A DNA stretch of 64,000 bases, taken from assembly GCA_964541945.1 (NCBI GenBank), contig CAZISE010000018.1, positions 5,260-69,259 on the forward strand. The letters are read 5' to 3'. The position numbers and the translations under genes are program-made. Of the stretch, positions 26,894 to 35,493 are shown piece by piece; position 1 is the first letter of the stretch, and the number at the start of each line of letters is the position of its first letter. Under the pieces are notes generated by a model. The model had not been told where the DNA came from and made no database searches. It worked only from the letters and a program-made list of their open reading frames with translations. The DNA comes from an uncultured Verrucomicrobiota bacterium (GTDB lineage: Bacteria > Verrucomicrobiota > Verrucomicrobiia > Palsa-1439).

Positions 26894-27405
26894 TTCTGCC
26901 CGGCCTCCTTGATGATGCGGACTTCTTCTACCTTTCTCAGATCGGCGAGCATGGCAGGGGGCGGGCTTTTTTCGGCGGCGGCTTGCAACGCTTGCAACGC
27001 AGCCAGCTTTCCTGCCTGCGCCGCGCTTCGCTTGTCCGGCGCGGCAGGCAGGTGCTTCGTGGGGATTTTCGACAAGTCGGGCGGGGCGGGCTTCGCGGTG
27101 GCGTCAAACAGCGTCAGCCGCCGGGCGCGCAACTCGCCGGGGAAGAACAACTCATACACCAGCCCGTTCAGCCACCGCTCGAAATACGCCACCAGCAGCC
27201 CCACCGACTCCTTCGTCACGCCGGGCGTGTGCAGCCAGATCCACGCCGCCGCCAACCGCTCGCACCACATCCGCTGCGCCTGTGCCATTGCAGCCGCTTT
27301 CACGTTCGTGCTTCCGTGACGGCTTTCGCGGGGGAATCGGGATTTGTGTTGGATTGAGCCGCCGGCTCCACGAACGAAACCGACGGCAGGATGATCATCG
27401 GCCAC
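26890..27405 (-). pseudogene. diverged duplicate of the 3' ~400 bp of the PglX-like methyltransferase gene (C-terminal fragment, with a 17-aa insertion)
   Basis: ...WCERLAAAWIWLHTPGVTKESVGLLVAYFERWLNGLVYELFFPGELRARRLTLFDATAKPAPPDL...KVEEVRIIKEAGQK is colinear with the last ~130 aa of 28634-32551 (WCERLAEALIWLHSPG...KVEEVRIIEEAGQTRG). Nucleotide identity roughly 85-90%, with one indel block. Confidence 0.6.
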
Positions 27406-27752
27406 GGACCACGCGCCGTAATACCGGCAATCATTTCGCGAGCCGCCGCATACAGAAGGCTTGCTCCATTGACGCGCACCAACTGCTCGACTTTGTCTTT
27501 CGGAAACTTGTCGCTGACTGTGAACAATCCCACGAACTCACAGTTGCCGGAATATGCGGGCGGCTCTTTACCGGTCGTGGCGAACTCCACCCGAAGCGAC
27601 ACCATCCATTGCAGCGGATCATCTTTCTTCCGCTGAGTGCAGGTCGGCTTCACGTCCACCCGCAGTTCGCCCTTGTGTGTCGCGCCGGGGCTGGCGTCCA
27701 CATGGATATGCGAGACGAAATGCCGGTCAAGCCGCAAGGGCGAGGGCTTCAT
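27300..27752 (-). CDS. SecB-like chaperone of a toxin-antitoxin-chaperone (TAC) module
   Basis: LRVEFATTGKEPPAYSGNCEFVGLFTVSD...LLYAAAREMIAGITARGPWPMIILPSVSF aligns with E. coli SecB [25 protein letters not shown]...[33 protein letters not shown]. Confidence 0.65.
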   Translation of the reverse strand: MKPSPLRLDRHFVSHIHVDASPGATHKGELRVDVKPTCTQRKKDDPLQWMVSLRVEFATTGKEPPAYSGNCEFVGLFTVSDKFPKDKVEQLVRVNGASLLYAAAREMIAGITARGPWPMIILPSVSFVEPAAQSNTNPDSPAKAVTEART

Positions 27753-28170
27753 TGGTCGCCTCCGGTTTGGTGGTCACGGTGGTTGTCGCGGACGCGGGGA
27801 GTGTGCATTCTCGCCGCCAAGTCAACGGCTCGGCTTGGATTGCGGGCACTTCTTCCACCGCGTCCCAGACATCGAGCCACTGGGTCTTTGTGCCGATGGG
27901 CTGCAAATGAACGCGGACATCGGCGTTCAATGCGCGCGCAATCTTCACCATGGTTTCGAGGGTGAAGTTGGTGCTGCCACGCAGCACTTTCGTCACGTAC
28001 GCCGGGCTGGCATTCAGCCGTTTCGCCAGTTCCGCATTCGACACACCCTCCGCCTCCATCCGTGCGACGATCTCCTCGGTGAATTCGAGGATCACGCCTT
28101 CCACATAGTACGCCAAGCGTTTCCGGGCGGTCTCGAACAGTTGCTTGAACGTTTTTTTATTGCTGCTCAT
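27727..28170 (-). CDS. XRE-family HTH antitoxin with C-terminal extension (putative chaperone-addiction segment)
   Basis: Start MSSNKKTF (ATG 28170..28168, overlapping the toxin stop). HTH: VSNAELAKRLNASPAYVTKVLRG. About 50-aa C-terminal tail beyond the HTH fold, ending in a Thr/Ala-rich segment. Confidence 0.6.
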   Translation of the reverse strand: MSSNKKTFKQLFETARKRLAYYVEGVILEFTEEIVARMEAEGVSNAELAKRLNASPAYVTKVLRGSTNFTLETMVKIARALNADVRVHLQPIGTKTQWLDVWDAVEEVPAIQAEPLTWRRECTLPASATTTVTTKPEATNEALALAA

Positions 28171-28604
28171 AAGATTGTTTCCTCGATGACGATGACTTGT
28201 TGCGTCTGTCTTGCGATTTGGTACTTCTTTTTCCATTCTTCCGCGCGCTTGACTTCCCGACTTAGCCGTTTCTCCTGGCTCTTCGGGAAGCCATGCGTGC
28301 AGATGATCAACCGTCCCGCATCATAGAACCACAGCACGCGCACCCCACCGCGCGTCTTGAACTCAAACAAATCCTTTCCCACCGGCCGGCACTTCTCTTT
28401 GTTGCGCGGCGGCTCGTTGTCCGCCACAAACTCCAGCAACCGCACCAGCCGGGCATGCTCATCCGCATCGCTCGCCTCCAACTCGTTGAGGAAATCCTCC
28501 AGAGGCCGATTTGGCTCAACGTTTTCACCGACCACGGGCCGTTCTTCGAGCGCATAGATGGCATAGCGTTGTCCTCTGCACACCCTGTGTAGAACAACTC
28601 TCAT
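28167..28604 (-). CDS. RelE/ParE-superfamily toxin of the Gp49/HigB-like (DUF891) type
   Basis: KDLFEFKTRGGVRVLWFYDAGRLIICTHGFPKSQEK is the Gp49-like signature. Immediately followed by the XRE antitoxin and the SecB-like gene. Confidence 0.6.
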   Translation of the reverse strand: MRVVLHRVCRGQRYAIYALEERPVVGENVEPNRPLEDFLNELEASDADEHARLVRLLEFVADNEPPRNKEKCRPVGKDLFEFKTRGGVRVLWFYDAGRLIICTHGFPKSQEKRLSREVKRAEEWKKKYQIARQTQQVIVIEETIL

Positions 28605-28611
28605 GCTATCT

Positions 28612-28641
28612 TTAACCTATAGGTTAACATCCGTCAACCCC
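28612..28641 (-). promoter_or_regulatory. putative promoter/operator of the TAC operon: perfect 16-bp palindrome TTAACCTATAGGTTAA (28612-28627) between a TTGACG -35-like hexamer and the toxin ATG
   Basis: Seen directly. Minus strand reads GGGTTGACGGATG-TTAACCTATAGGTTAA-AGATAGC-ATG. The palindrome is 7 nt upstream of the toxin start and typical of HTH-antitoxin autoregulation sites. Confidence 0.5.
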
Positions 28642-31600
28642 TTGTTTGCCCCGCCTCCTCGATGATCCGCACTTCTTCCACCTTGCTCAAATCCGCGAGC
28701 ATGGCGGGGAGCGGGCTTTTGTCGGCGGCGGCTTGCAACTCTTGCAACGCGGCCAGCTTTTGTTTTTCTGGGATTTTCGCGAGGTCGGGCGGGGCAAGCT
28801 TCGCGGTGGCGTCAAACAGCGCCAGCCGCCGGGCGCGCAACTCGCCGGGGAAGAACAACTCATACACCAGCCCGTTCAGCCACCGCTCGAAATACGCCAC
28901 CAGCAAGCCGGTCTCCGTGGGTCGGGCGCGACCGCCAGGAGAATGCAGCCAGATCAACGCCTCCGCCAACCGCTCGCACCACCCACGCTGCTCCACAGTC
29001 GCAGAGGGGATGGGGATTTGCTCGACATACTGAGATATAAACCGGAGGTAGCCACCTCGAATCATGTTGCTTGTCTGCCGATAGAACCAAAGAACCGTGC
29101 TTGAATTAAGCACCGGGACAACCCACTCTGGCGCTTGAACCATGTAACCCGTGTTTCCGAGAAAATGCTTCCCAATGTCCCAAGCAAACTGTGTTGTCTC
29201 GGCAATGTCCGGAAACACAACTTTCCCGGGGATTTCGAAACTCTCCCAGTAGGCGGTGTTGTCCTGAATCTCATACCACTCGTAGTTACCGGGTTTTCTT
29301 CCTCCTGGGATGCCGGGAATGAGTTGCTTCTTGAATTGCTTTAAGTGCTCGTGAATTGCCGGATACTTCCAAATATCGCAGCCACGCCGCGTGAAGATTA
29401 GCCACAGGTCTTGCGAATCACACCGCCACCGCTTCACATCGCGGCCACGCAGAAAGGGCTTGAGCAACTCAGCGGATGATTTGTGTTCAGCAATCAGTCG
29501 GTCGCGTGTTTGGCGGTCCACAACAAAGGCTTCGTTCCTACCGGTCGTCACTCCGCGATAGAACCTCTCTCCGCAATACTCGCCGAGCGGCTTACCGGCT
29601 TTTCGCATTCGTTCGAGGAGGCGGAGGCTTACCGGGCTTTCGAGACGCCAGCCGTCGGGTTTGAGGTCGCGTTGGGCGATGGCGTGGGCTTCGGCATCGA
29701 ACAGGTCCGGGAAGTCCAGCAGCACTTTGCCGGGATTCCAAGTGTGGACGCGGACTTGCCAGTCGGCGGGCGGCAGGTTGGTGGCGTGGAGGATGCCGGT
29801 GGGGCTTTGCGGGTCGGGCAGGCGTTCGACGTGCCGGGTTTTCTCGGCAACGAGGATGCAGGGATAGGCGATGGAGGTGAACACGGGGGCGTCGCCGAAA
29901 TCGAGGATGGCGCGGGGATGGGTAGCGTAGAAGAGGTAGGCGCGCAGCCGTTCGCCGTAGGCGGCCCGCATGTATTTGTTGGAAGTAACGAAGCTGAGGA
30001 CGCCGCCGAGTTTGAGGAGTTGGAAGCTGCGCTCGAAGAAATAGACGTAGAGGTCGGCGGTGCCGGTGTAGCATTCGTATTGGTCGCGGAGGGCGTCCTT
30101 GAGCGGACGCGGTTTGCCGTCGCTGCCGGTGACGGTGACGTTTTTGAGTTCTTCCTGCCGTACGTAGGGCGGGTTGCCGACGACGATGTCGAACACTGCG
30201 CCGCGGGCGTCCTCCGGTAGGGACGGACCGCCGGGCCGTCCGTCCGTGGCATCACTCGGCGCGCCCGGCGGTCGCGCCCTACCACCGGTCAGGCCGAACA
30301 TCCAGGCGGGATCGAAGAAGGGGGCGGCTTTGTTGGTGTCGTAGGGATTCCACGCGGCGAGGCGTTGGGCGTCGTAGGGGGAACATTCGCCGCTGTCGGT
30401 GAGGGCGGCGGCGAGTTGGTCGCAGAGTTGCTTGTCGCGGGCGCGGAGGGCTTTTTTGTCTTTGTAGCGGCGGGCGGTGAAGTAGTCGTGTCGGACTTGT
30501 TGGAGTTCGCGTTCGAGTTTGCGGACGGTGTCCGAGCCGAGGAGGAGTTGGCCGCGCTGGAGGCCGAGGAGGGTGTTGGCGGCGACGATCTTGGTTTCGA
30601 GGTTGGGCAGTGGGAGGATGCCGTAGTTGGGTTGTTTGGGGTCAATGGACTGGTCGCAGATCAGCGAGATGAAGAAGCGGAGCTTGGCGATCTGGCAGGC
30701 GATGGGCTGGATGTCCACGCCGTAGAGGCAGTTTTCGATGAGGTAGAGTTTGCGGCCGTAGTCGTCGTTGTCGCGGGCGAAGGCGCGTTCGATGGCTTGC
30801 CGGGCTTCGTCGCGGGCGGGGGCGCTCTCGAAGGTGTCGAGCGCGGCTTCTTGCCGGCGACGCCAGCCTTTGTTTTCGGGGTCGAGTTTGCGGAGGACGT
30901 GGACGAGTTTCTGGAGCATCCCCATCGGGAAGGCCCCGGAGCCGCAGGCCGGGTCGAGGACTTTGAGGTGGTCAATGGCGTCAATGAGTCGCTCGACTTC
31001 TTTCGGGGTGAAATCGTGCCCGGTATCTTCCCAGGAGAGCAGCCGGCGGAGGCGGGGGTCGTTGGGTTTATTGAGCGCCTTTTCCAGATGCGCCAGCAAC
31101 GCCTGATCCACCATCCAGTCCACTACGACGCGCGGGGTGTAGAACGAGCCGGTCGCCTTGCGGGCGATGGTGCCGGTCTCCGGGTTGTAGGCGGCCAGCA
31201 GGTTCTCGAAGACGTGGCCGAGCAGTTCGGGGTCGAGGGCGACTTCCTGTTCGAGCGGGGTGTTTTCGGTGAGGGTAAAGTTGTACCGGCTCAGGATCGA
31301 GAGCAGCGGGCGCACCGTCTCGCGTCGCCTACCGGCATCGCCATACGCGCCGGAAAGATCAGCCACTTGATCCGCGCCAAAGAACAGGAAGTTCGGCAGC
31401 TTGGGCTGTTTCTTCGGGTCGTTGGAGAAGCCGTCAATGCGGATTTCGTCGGTGAAGTTGGATTTGCCGCGCTGCACCCGGTCGTCGAGGCACTCGAACA
31501 GGCCGCCGTTGAGGAACGGCACTTCGCGCAACAGCTTGGCGAGGGCGTCGGGATCACGGAGGAGGCGTTGGTTTCGCCAGAGCGTGTGGATCATGTGGTC

Positions 31601-32551
31601 GTTGCTGCGCTGGCCGTCGCCTTCCTCAATGAAGCGGCGGTTGGGCGGCTCGCCCGGCTTGTCCATTTCGGTGTTGAGCGTGGCGAAGAAGAGGTTTTGC
31701 AGGATGGCCGGGTAGTAGGTGCAAGCGTCAGGCGAGGCATCCTTGAGCAACCCGGCAATACCGCGCGGTTCGAACAGCACGTCCGGCAACAAGCCTTCGC
31801 CCGTGACCGGGTTGCGTTTCTCGCGCAAGAACCAGCAGAAGATCAGCCGCGTGAGTAAGCGAATAAGGAACAGAGCGCGGTCTTCCTTTGTTTGGACATC
31901 TTTGGGGAAGACGACCTGACGGCAATCCCGCGCCCAGAAATACCAGTTGGCGATTTCGGTGTAGAAATCCTTGGTGACCTTCTCGACATCGAACGCTTCG
32001 TCGTGCCGTTGCTGAATCTCCAGCGCCGAGAGGCCGAACATGTCGCGCTCAAACGACGCGAGGTCGAGCAAAGCGAGTCGTTCGCTGGCCGTCCGTTGCC
32101 CCTCCCCGGCATGGACGGTGATCCGGCGGAACAGGCGGCGTTTCTCTGGCGTGTCGGCGTATTTGACGTTGAGGAAATGCCAGCGGTCTTGCGCTTTGTT
32201 GGAGAACACGAACAGCGCATACGGATGCTCGCGCAACAGGCGTGTCACCACCGGCCGCTCCGCGCCGAGCAGCAGCCGGTCGGATGCCAGCCGACCATAG
32301 ATCACATGGAAATCGCCATTCTCGCCCCCACCGGCAAACAGCACCGGATCCTCCGCCAACGCCTGCGCTGCCGACTCCGTCCACCCTCGCCGCGACAACG
32401 GCTGATTCACCCGCTGATAATTCAGCTCACGCCAAAACAACTCTTTCAGCGGCTCAATCCCGCGCAGTTCCTTGAGCAACTCCAACACCTGCTGTTGTCG
32501 TTCCGGTTTCGCCATGACGCGCAGTGTAACCGGGCGGGATGTGTGGGACAA
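28634..32551 (-). CDS. PglX/MmeI-like gamma-class N6-adenine DNA methyltransferase (1305 aa; type IIG/IIL or BREX/DISARM-type methyltransferase)
   Basis: SAM-binding motif I VLDPACGSGAFPMG. Motif IV VVGNPPYV. N-terminal region with the hhhRLhFhhFLxEK pattern (FLIRLLTRLIFCWFLREKR) shared by MmeI/PglX N-termini. C-terminal target-recognition-like region. Starts at TTG 32551 or ATG 32515. Confidence 0.85.
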   Translation of the reverse strand: MSHTSRPVTLRVMAKPERQQQVLELLKELRGIEPLKELFWRELNYQRVNQPLSRRGWTESAAQALAEDPVLFAGGGENGDFHVIYGRLASDRLLLGAERPVVTRLLREHPYALFVFSNKAQDRWHFLNVKYADTPEKRRLFRRITVHAGEGQRTASERLALLDLASFERDMFGLSALEIQQRHDEAFDVEKVTKDFYTEIANWYFWARDCRQVVFPKDVQTKEDRALFLIRLLTRLIFCWFLREKRNPVTGEGLLPDVLFEPRGIAGLLKDASPDACTYYPAILQNLFFATLNTEMDKPGEPPNRRFIEEGDGQRSNDHMIHTLWRNQRLLRDPDALAKLLREVPFLNGGLFECLDDRVQRGKSNFTDEIRIDGFSNDPKKQPKLPNFLFFGADQVADLSGAYGDAGRRRETVRPLLSILSRYNFTLTENTPLEQEVALDPELLGHVFENLLAAYNPETGTIARKATGSFYTPRVVVDWMVDQALLAHLEKALNKPNDPRLRRLLSWEDTGHDFTPKEVERLIDAIDHLKVLDPACGSGAFPMGMLQKLVHVLRKLDPENKGWRRRQEAALDTFESAPARDEARQAIERAFARDNDDYGRKLYLIENCLYGVDIQPIACQIAKLRFFISLICDQSIDPKQPNYGILPLPNLETKIVAANTLLGLQRGQLLLGSDTVRKLERELQQVRHDYFTARRYKDKKALRARDKQLCDQLAAALTDSGECSPYDAQRLAAWNPYDTNKAAPFFDPAWMFGLTGGRARPPGAPSDATDGRPGGPSLPEDARGAVFDIVVGNPPYVRQEELKNVTVTGSDGKPRPLKDALRDQYECYTGTADLYVYFFERSFQLLKLGGVLSFVTSNKYMRAAYGERLRAYLFYATHPRAILDFGDAPVFTSIAYPCILVAEKTRHVERLPDPQSPTGILHATNLPPADWQVRVHTWNPGKVLLDFPDLFDAEAHAIAQRDLKPDGWRLESPVSLRLLERMRKAGKPLGEYCGERFYRGVTTGRNEAFVVDRQTRDRLIAEHKSSAELLKPFLRGRDVKRWRCDSQDLWLIFTRRGCDIWKYPAIHEHLKQFKKQLIPGIPGGRKPGNYEWYEIQDNTAYWESFEIPGKVVFPDIAETTQFAWDIGKHFLGNTGYMVQAPEWVVPVLNSSTVLWFYRQTSNMIRGGYLRFISQYVEQIPIPSATVEQRGWCERLAEALIWLHSPGGRARPTETGLLVAYFERWLNGLVYELFFPGELRARRLALFDATAKLAPPDLAKIPEKQKLAALQELQAAADKSPLPAMLADLSKVEEVRIIEEAGQTRG

Positions 32552-32595
32552 GGGCGGAATCGGCGTGAACGCGATACGCGAGCGTTTTGCGCGCT

Positions 32596-34764
32596 CTACC
32601 GGTACAGACGCAGGAGACGTGTTTCGCCTCGTTGGATTGGCAATGCGAACTTCGGGCCTTGTCCCACCACCTCATCTGTCAGGGCATCGTGGATCGGTTG
32701 GGCAACGCCGGTGTTGATTTCCAGCGGACCGTCCTGCGAGGCGTGCAGGACGAGGAACGGGCCGTTGGCATAGACATTGCAGTCGGTCTCGGTGAACAAG
32801 TGGACGCCGGCGGCGCGGGCGGCTTCTCGGAGTGATTCGCTGGTCAGGCCGCTCTCATTCACGAACAGGGACCTGCCGTGGCCGCGTTCGCGGGCGATTC
32901 GCGCGATCCGTCGTTGTTCGGCCGGGGTGAAACACCAACCGTTGACGAACACGAACAATTTTGCCTGCACGCGCCCGGCAAGCACATCGTCGAGTAGGTA
33001 TTGGCCGTACGGGGCGCCCATCCGTCCGAGCGCGGCGCGTCCCTCGTAAACCGTTTTGCGGGAAATGGGCACGGCGCCGGGAGCCACGCGCAACATGCGT
33101 TCTTCATCAATCACCACCGCTACTTCGGGGCGAAACGGCGTGGGCTTCTTTAAGAAATACGCGTCGAGTTTCTCCAGCCGTTTCATCTCGGCCCACATGC
33201 CGGGGTCGTTGAACCAGCCGCTGGAGCCGAGGTCCATCCACCACGTCCCAAAGTTGCGGAGCGCCTCCTGCGCGACGTTGCGGACAAGCAGGGCATTTGT
33301 TTCTTCGAGCGTTGCAACGGGGGCGTGCCAGGACCCAATACCCGTTGCCAGATAGGTGTTCGTATCGTCCTCGTGGAGCCACATCTTGCCGGCCAACGCC
33401 ACGCTCTCCGCTGCCGTCATCGAAGGCGCACTCTGGCCGAGGCGGCGGTCGAAATACGAAATCGGCGAGCAAAGCACGTCAATGTCCGGACAATCCAGCA
33501 TCCGCCGTAGGGCGTAGTGTCCCGATGTGGCGGGGCCGTTGGCCACGGGGCCAAACTCGAACACGTAGCCGTAGAAGAACAACACCAACTTTTTCCCATG
33601 CGACGCTTTTCGCACGGCACGCGCGAGTTCGATGACGCAATCGGCCATCGCTTCCTGTTGGAAGCGGTTCCAGTCCGTGACGGTGGCCGACGCAAACATA
33701 TTTGTCGTGCGCCGCTCGGCGGGTGTCGGCACCGGCATTGGCGGTTTGCCGTGCCTCTTCAGCCAGTGATGCCACGCGGCAAGGTCGGCGGGTGCATACC
33801 CGTTGAACGGGCGTTTCCACGTGTCCATGTAAAACCACTCGCCGGTATTCTGGCCGATCGGATGATATCCCGCGATGGTATCTCCGAATTTTTCTTCGAG
33901 ATGTTCGATCAGCGCAGTGAGCCGTTCGGCGGCATCGCGACGGTAGCGCGGTGAGGCCGGAACAACGTAGCCACGGTGCCCGTCGTCCCATTGCATCATT
34001 TCGTCGGGATACGCCTCGCTCCACCAAGTGGGCGGCCTCATCGAGATACGCGGCACCAGCAGAGCGTTGGGGTTGACGCGCAAGACGGTCTCGCAGAGCT
34101 TATCCACGCTGCTCCAGTCCGCTGGAGTGCCGGGTTTGGGCCAGGGTAGCGGGATGGGGAACGTAACGAAGTTGGCACCGGCGTTGGCGGCAAGTTTGAT
34201 CTGCGACTCGAACACATCCGGCGGTCCACCGAGGCGGTCGAAGCAGATGAACGGCGGGCCGGGACGGTAGAAGGCGACCTGCAACGGACAGCCCGGTGTG
34301 GCGCGGGCGTGGAAGCTGACCCGATAACGCTGTCCGGCGACGATGGAGAGATTTTGCCGGGAGTAGATGTGAAAATCGTTGCCTGGTTTTGTCAATTTGA
34401 CACGCAGGACGCCGTCACGCCTCTGAAGGGCGTCCTTCATGCTCGGCGGCCAGACAATCCAATCGTCGAGTGGTTGCTCGTTGAGCGTGATGTCGCGCAA
34501 CTCCACTTCGACGGGGCGTTTGCCGAATCGAAAGTGCATCGTGCCGTTGGTGGCGCTGTCGGTAGCCAGAAACTCGAACTGGACGTGCCGCCAATCGTTG
34601 GAAACCGGAATCGGCGCGGCACCGGGCGCGCCCCAGAACATTCGGGCGCGAACCGGTTGGCCGTTGACGACGATGCGTGGCGCGCCGTTGGGTGATTCGA
34701 CGCGGACGGTGAGGGCAAAGGTGGCGGGCATCACGACCAGTCCGAACAAAGTAGTCCATCTCAT
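32596..34764 (-). CDS. secreted glycoside-hydrolase-like protein (N-terminal beta-sandwich + TIM barrel, GH42/GH35-like), putative
   Basis: AAGGAGA RBS precedes ATG 34764 (MRWTTLFGLVVMPATFALTV, signal peptide). TIM-barrel-like segments (FVTFPIPLPW, LVLFFYGYVFE, HEDDTNTYL). Family assignment uncertain. Confidence 0.4.
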   Translation of the reverse strand: MRWTTLFGLVVMPATFALTVRVESPNGAPRIVVNGQPVRARMFWGAPGAAPIPVSNDWRHVQFEFLATDSATNGTMHFRFGKRPVEVELRDITLNEQPLDDWIVWPPSMKDALQRRDGVLRVKLTKPGNDFHIYSRQNLSIVAGQRYRVSFHARATPGCPLQVAFYRPGPPFICFDRLGGPPDVFESQIKLAANAGANFVTFPIPLPWPKPGTPADWSSVDKLCETVLRVNPNALLVPRISMRPPTWWSEAYPDEMMQWDDGHRGYVVPASPRYRRDAAERLTALIEHLEEKFGDTIAGYHPIGQNTGEWFYMDTWKRPFNGYAPADLAAWHHWLKRHGKPPMPVPTPAERRTTNMFASATVTDWNRFQQEAMADCVIELARAVRKASHGKKLVLFFYGYVFEFGPVANGPATSGHYALRRMLDCPDIDVLCSPISYFDRRLGQSAPSMTAAESVALAGKMWLHEDDTNTYLATGIGSWHAPVATLEETNALLVRNVAQEALRNFGTWWMDLGSSGWFNDPGMWAEMKRLEKLDAYFLKKPTPFRPEVAVVIDEERMLRVAPGAVPISRKTVYEGRAALGRMGAPYGQYLLDDVLAGRVQAKLFVFVNGWCFTPAEQRRIARIARERGHGRSLFVNESGLTSESLREAARAAGVHLFTETDCNVYANGPFLVLHASQDGPLEINTGVAQPIHDALTDEVVGQGPKFALPIQRGETRLLRLYR

Positions 34765-34908
34765 GGTTTTGATGTCTCCTTTACGAGGCGAAACGTCTGT
34801 GTGGTTGGTTTGGCGGCGTTGGGACGCGGTTTCATGGTCGGGCAAAGACCGTTGATACGTCCCATAACAGACAGGCAACCATCCCGTCAAGCGCGCTAAC
34901 GAATTTGA

Positions 34909-35493
34909 TCATTGCGAGGGGCGGGCGCGAACGATTTCCAGCGTGAACGGATCGCCGGGCTTGCGCGGCTTGGGCGGCACGGTGGCGACGATGTAAAGGC
35001 CGTCAGCCCCGGACGCGAATAGTTGTTTGGCGCCCAAGATGCCGTTGAGGATGGCGACCACTTTGGGCAACGGTGTCGGTAGTTGAGCCAGTTGGGACGG
35101 CGAGAATTCCGGGAACCCGTAAAATGACACCACGGCGTCCACGCCGGCATGTTTCTGGAAGAGGGCGACGAATTCGGGCGGACGCAACGGATCAATCGCC
35201 ACCGTCTCCACCGCAACAATGCTGAGCCCGGGCTGTTTCCGAAGAGCTTTCTGGAACGCCTTCACTTCCGCGCCGATGACGGGCGAGTCGAGTTCGCCCG
35301 CGATCACGACGACACGCCCCTTTTGGCCGAGCAATTTGGCGGTTTCCTCGGCGGCCCTGATACCGATCTCTTCGTATGGGCCAAGTTTGAGGGACGGTTT
35401 TTTATGCCACCAGGTCCGGCTTGCGGAGAACAGGGCAACACCACTGGCAAAAATCGCCGCCGCCAGAAGCAACAAAATCCGTCGGTCGTTCAT
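34909..35493 (-). CDS. hypothetical membrane-anchored periplasmic protein
   Basis: N-terminal TM anchor RILLLLAAAIFASGVALF. No recognisable motif. Confidence 0.35.
   Translation of the reverse strand: MNDRRILLLLAAAIFASGVALFSASRTWWHKKPSLKLGPYEEIGIRAAEETAKLLGQKGRVVVIAGELDSPVIGAEVKAFQKALRKQPGLSIVAVETVAIDPLRPPEFVALFQKHAGVDAVVSFYGFPEFSPSQLAQLPTPLPKVVAILNGILGAKQLFASGADGLYIVATVPPKPRKPGDPFTLEIVRARPSQ

Noticed and set aside
25000-28700. Possible integron or site-specific integration machinery at the cassette array
   Set aside because: No integrase, recombinase, transposase or attC-like imperfect palindromes were recognisable in or next to the island. The repeats are direct copies of a coding tail. 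I therefore describe cassette accretion only, without naming a mechanism.
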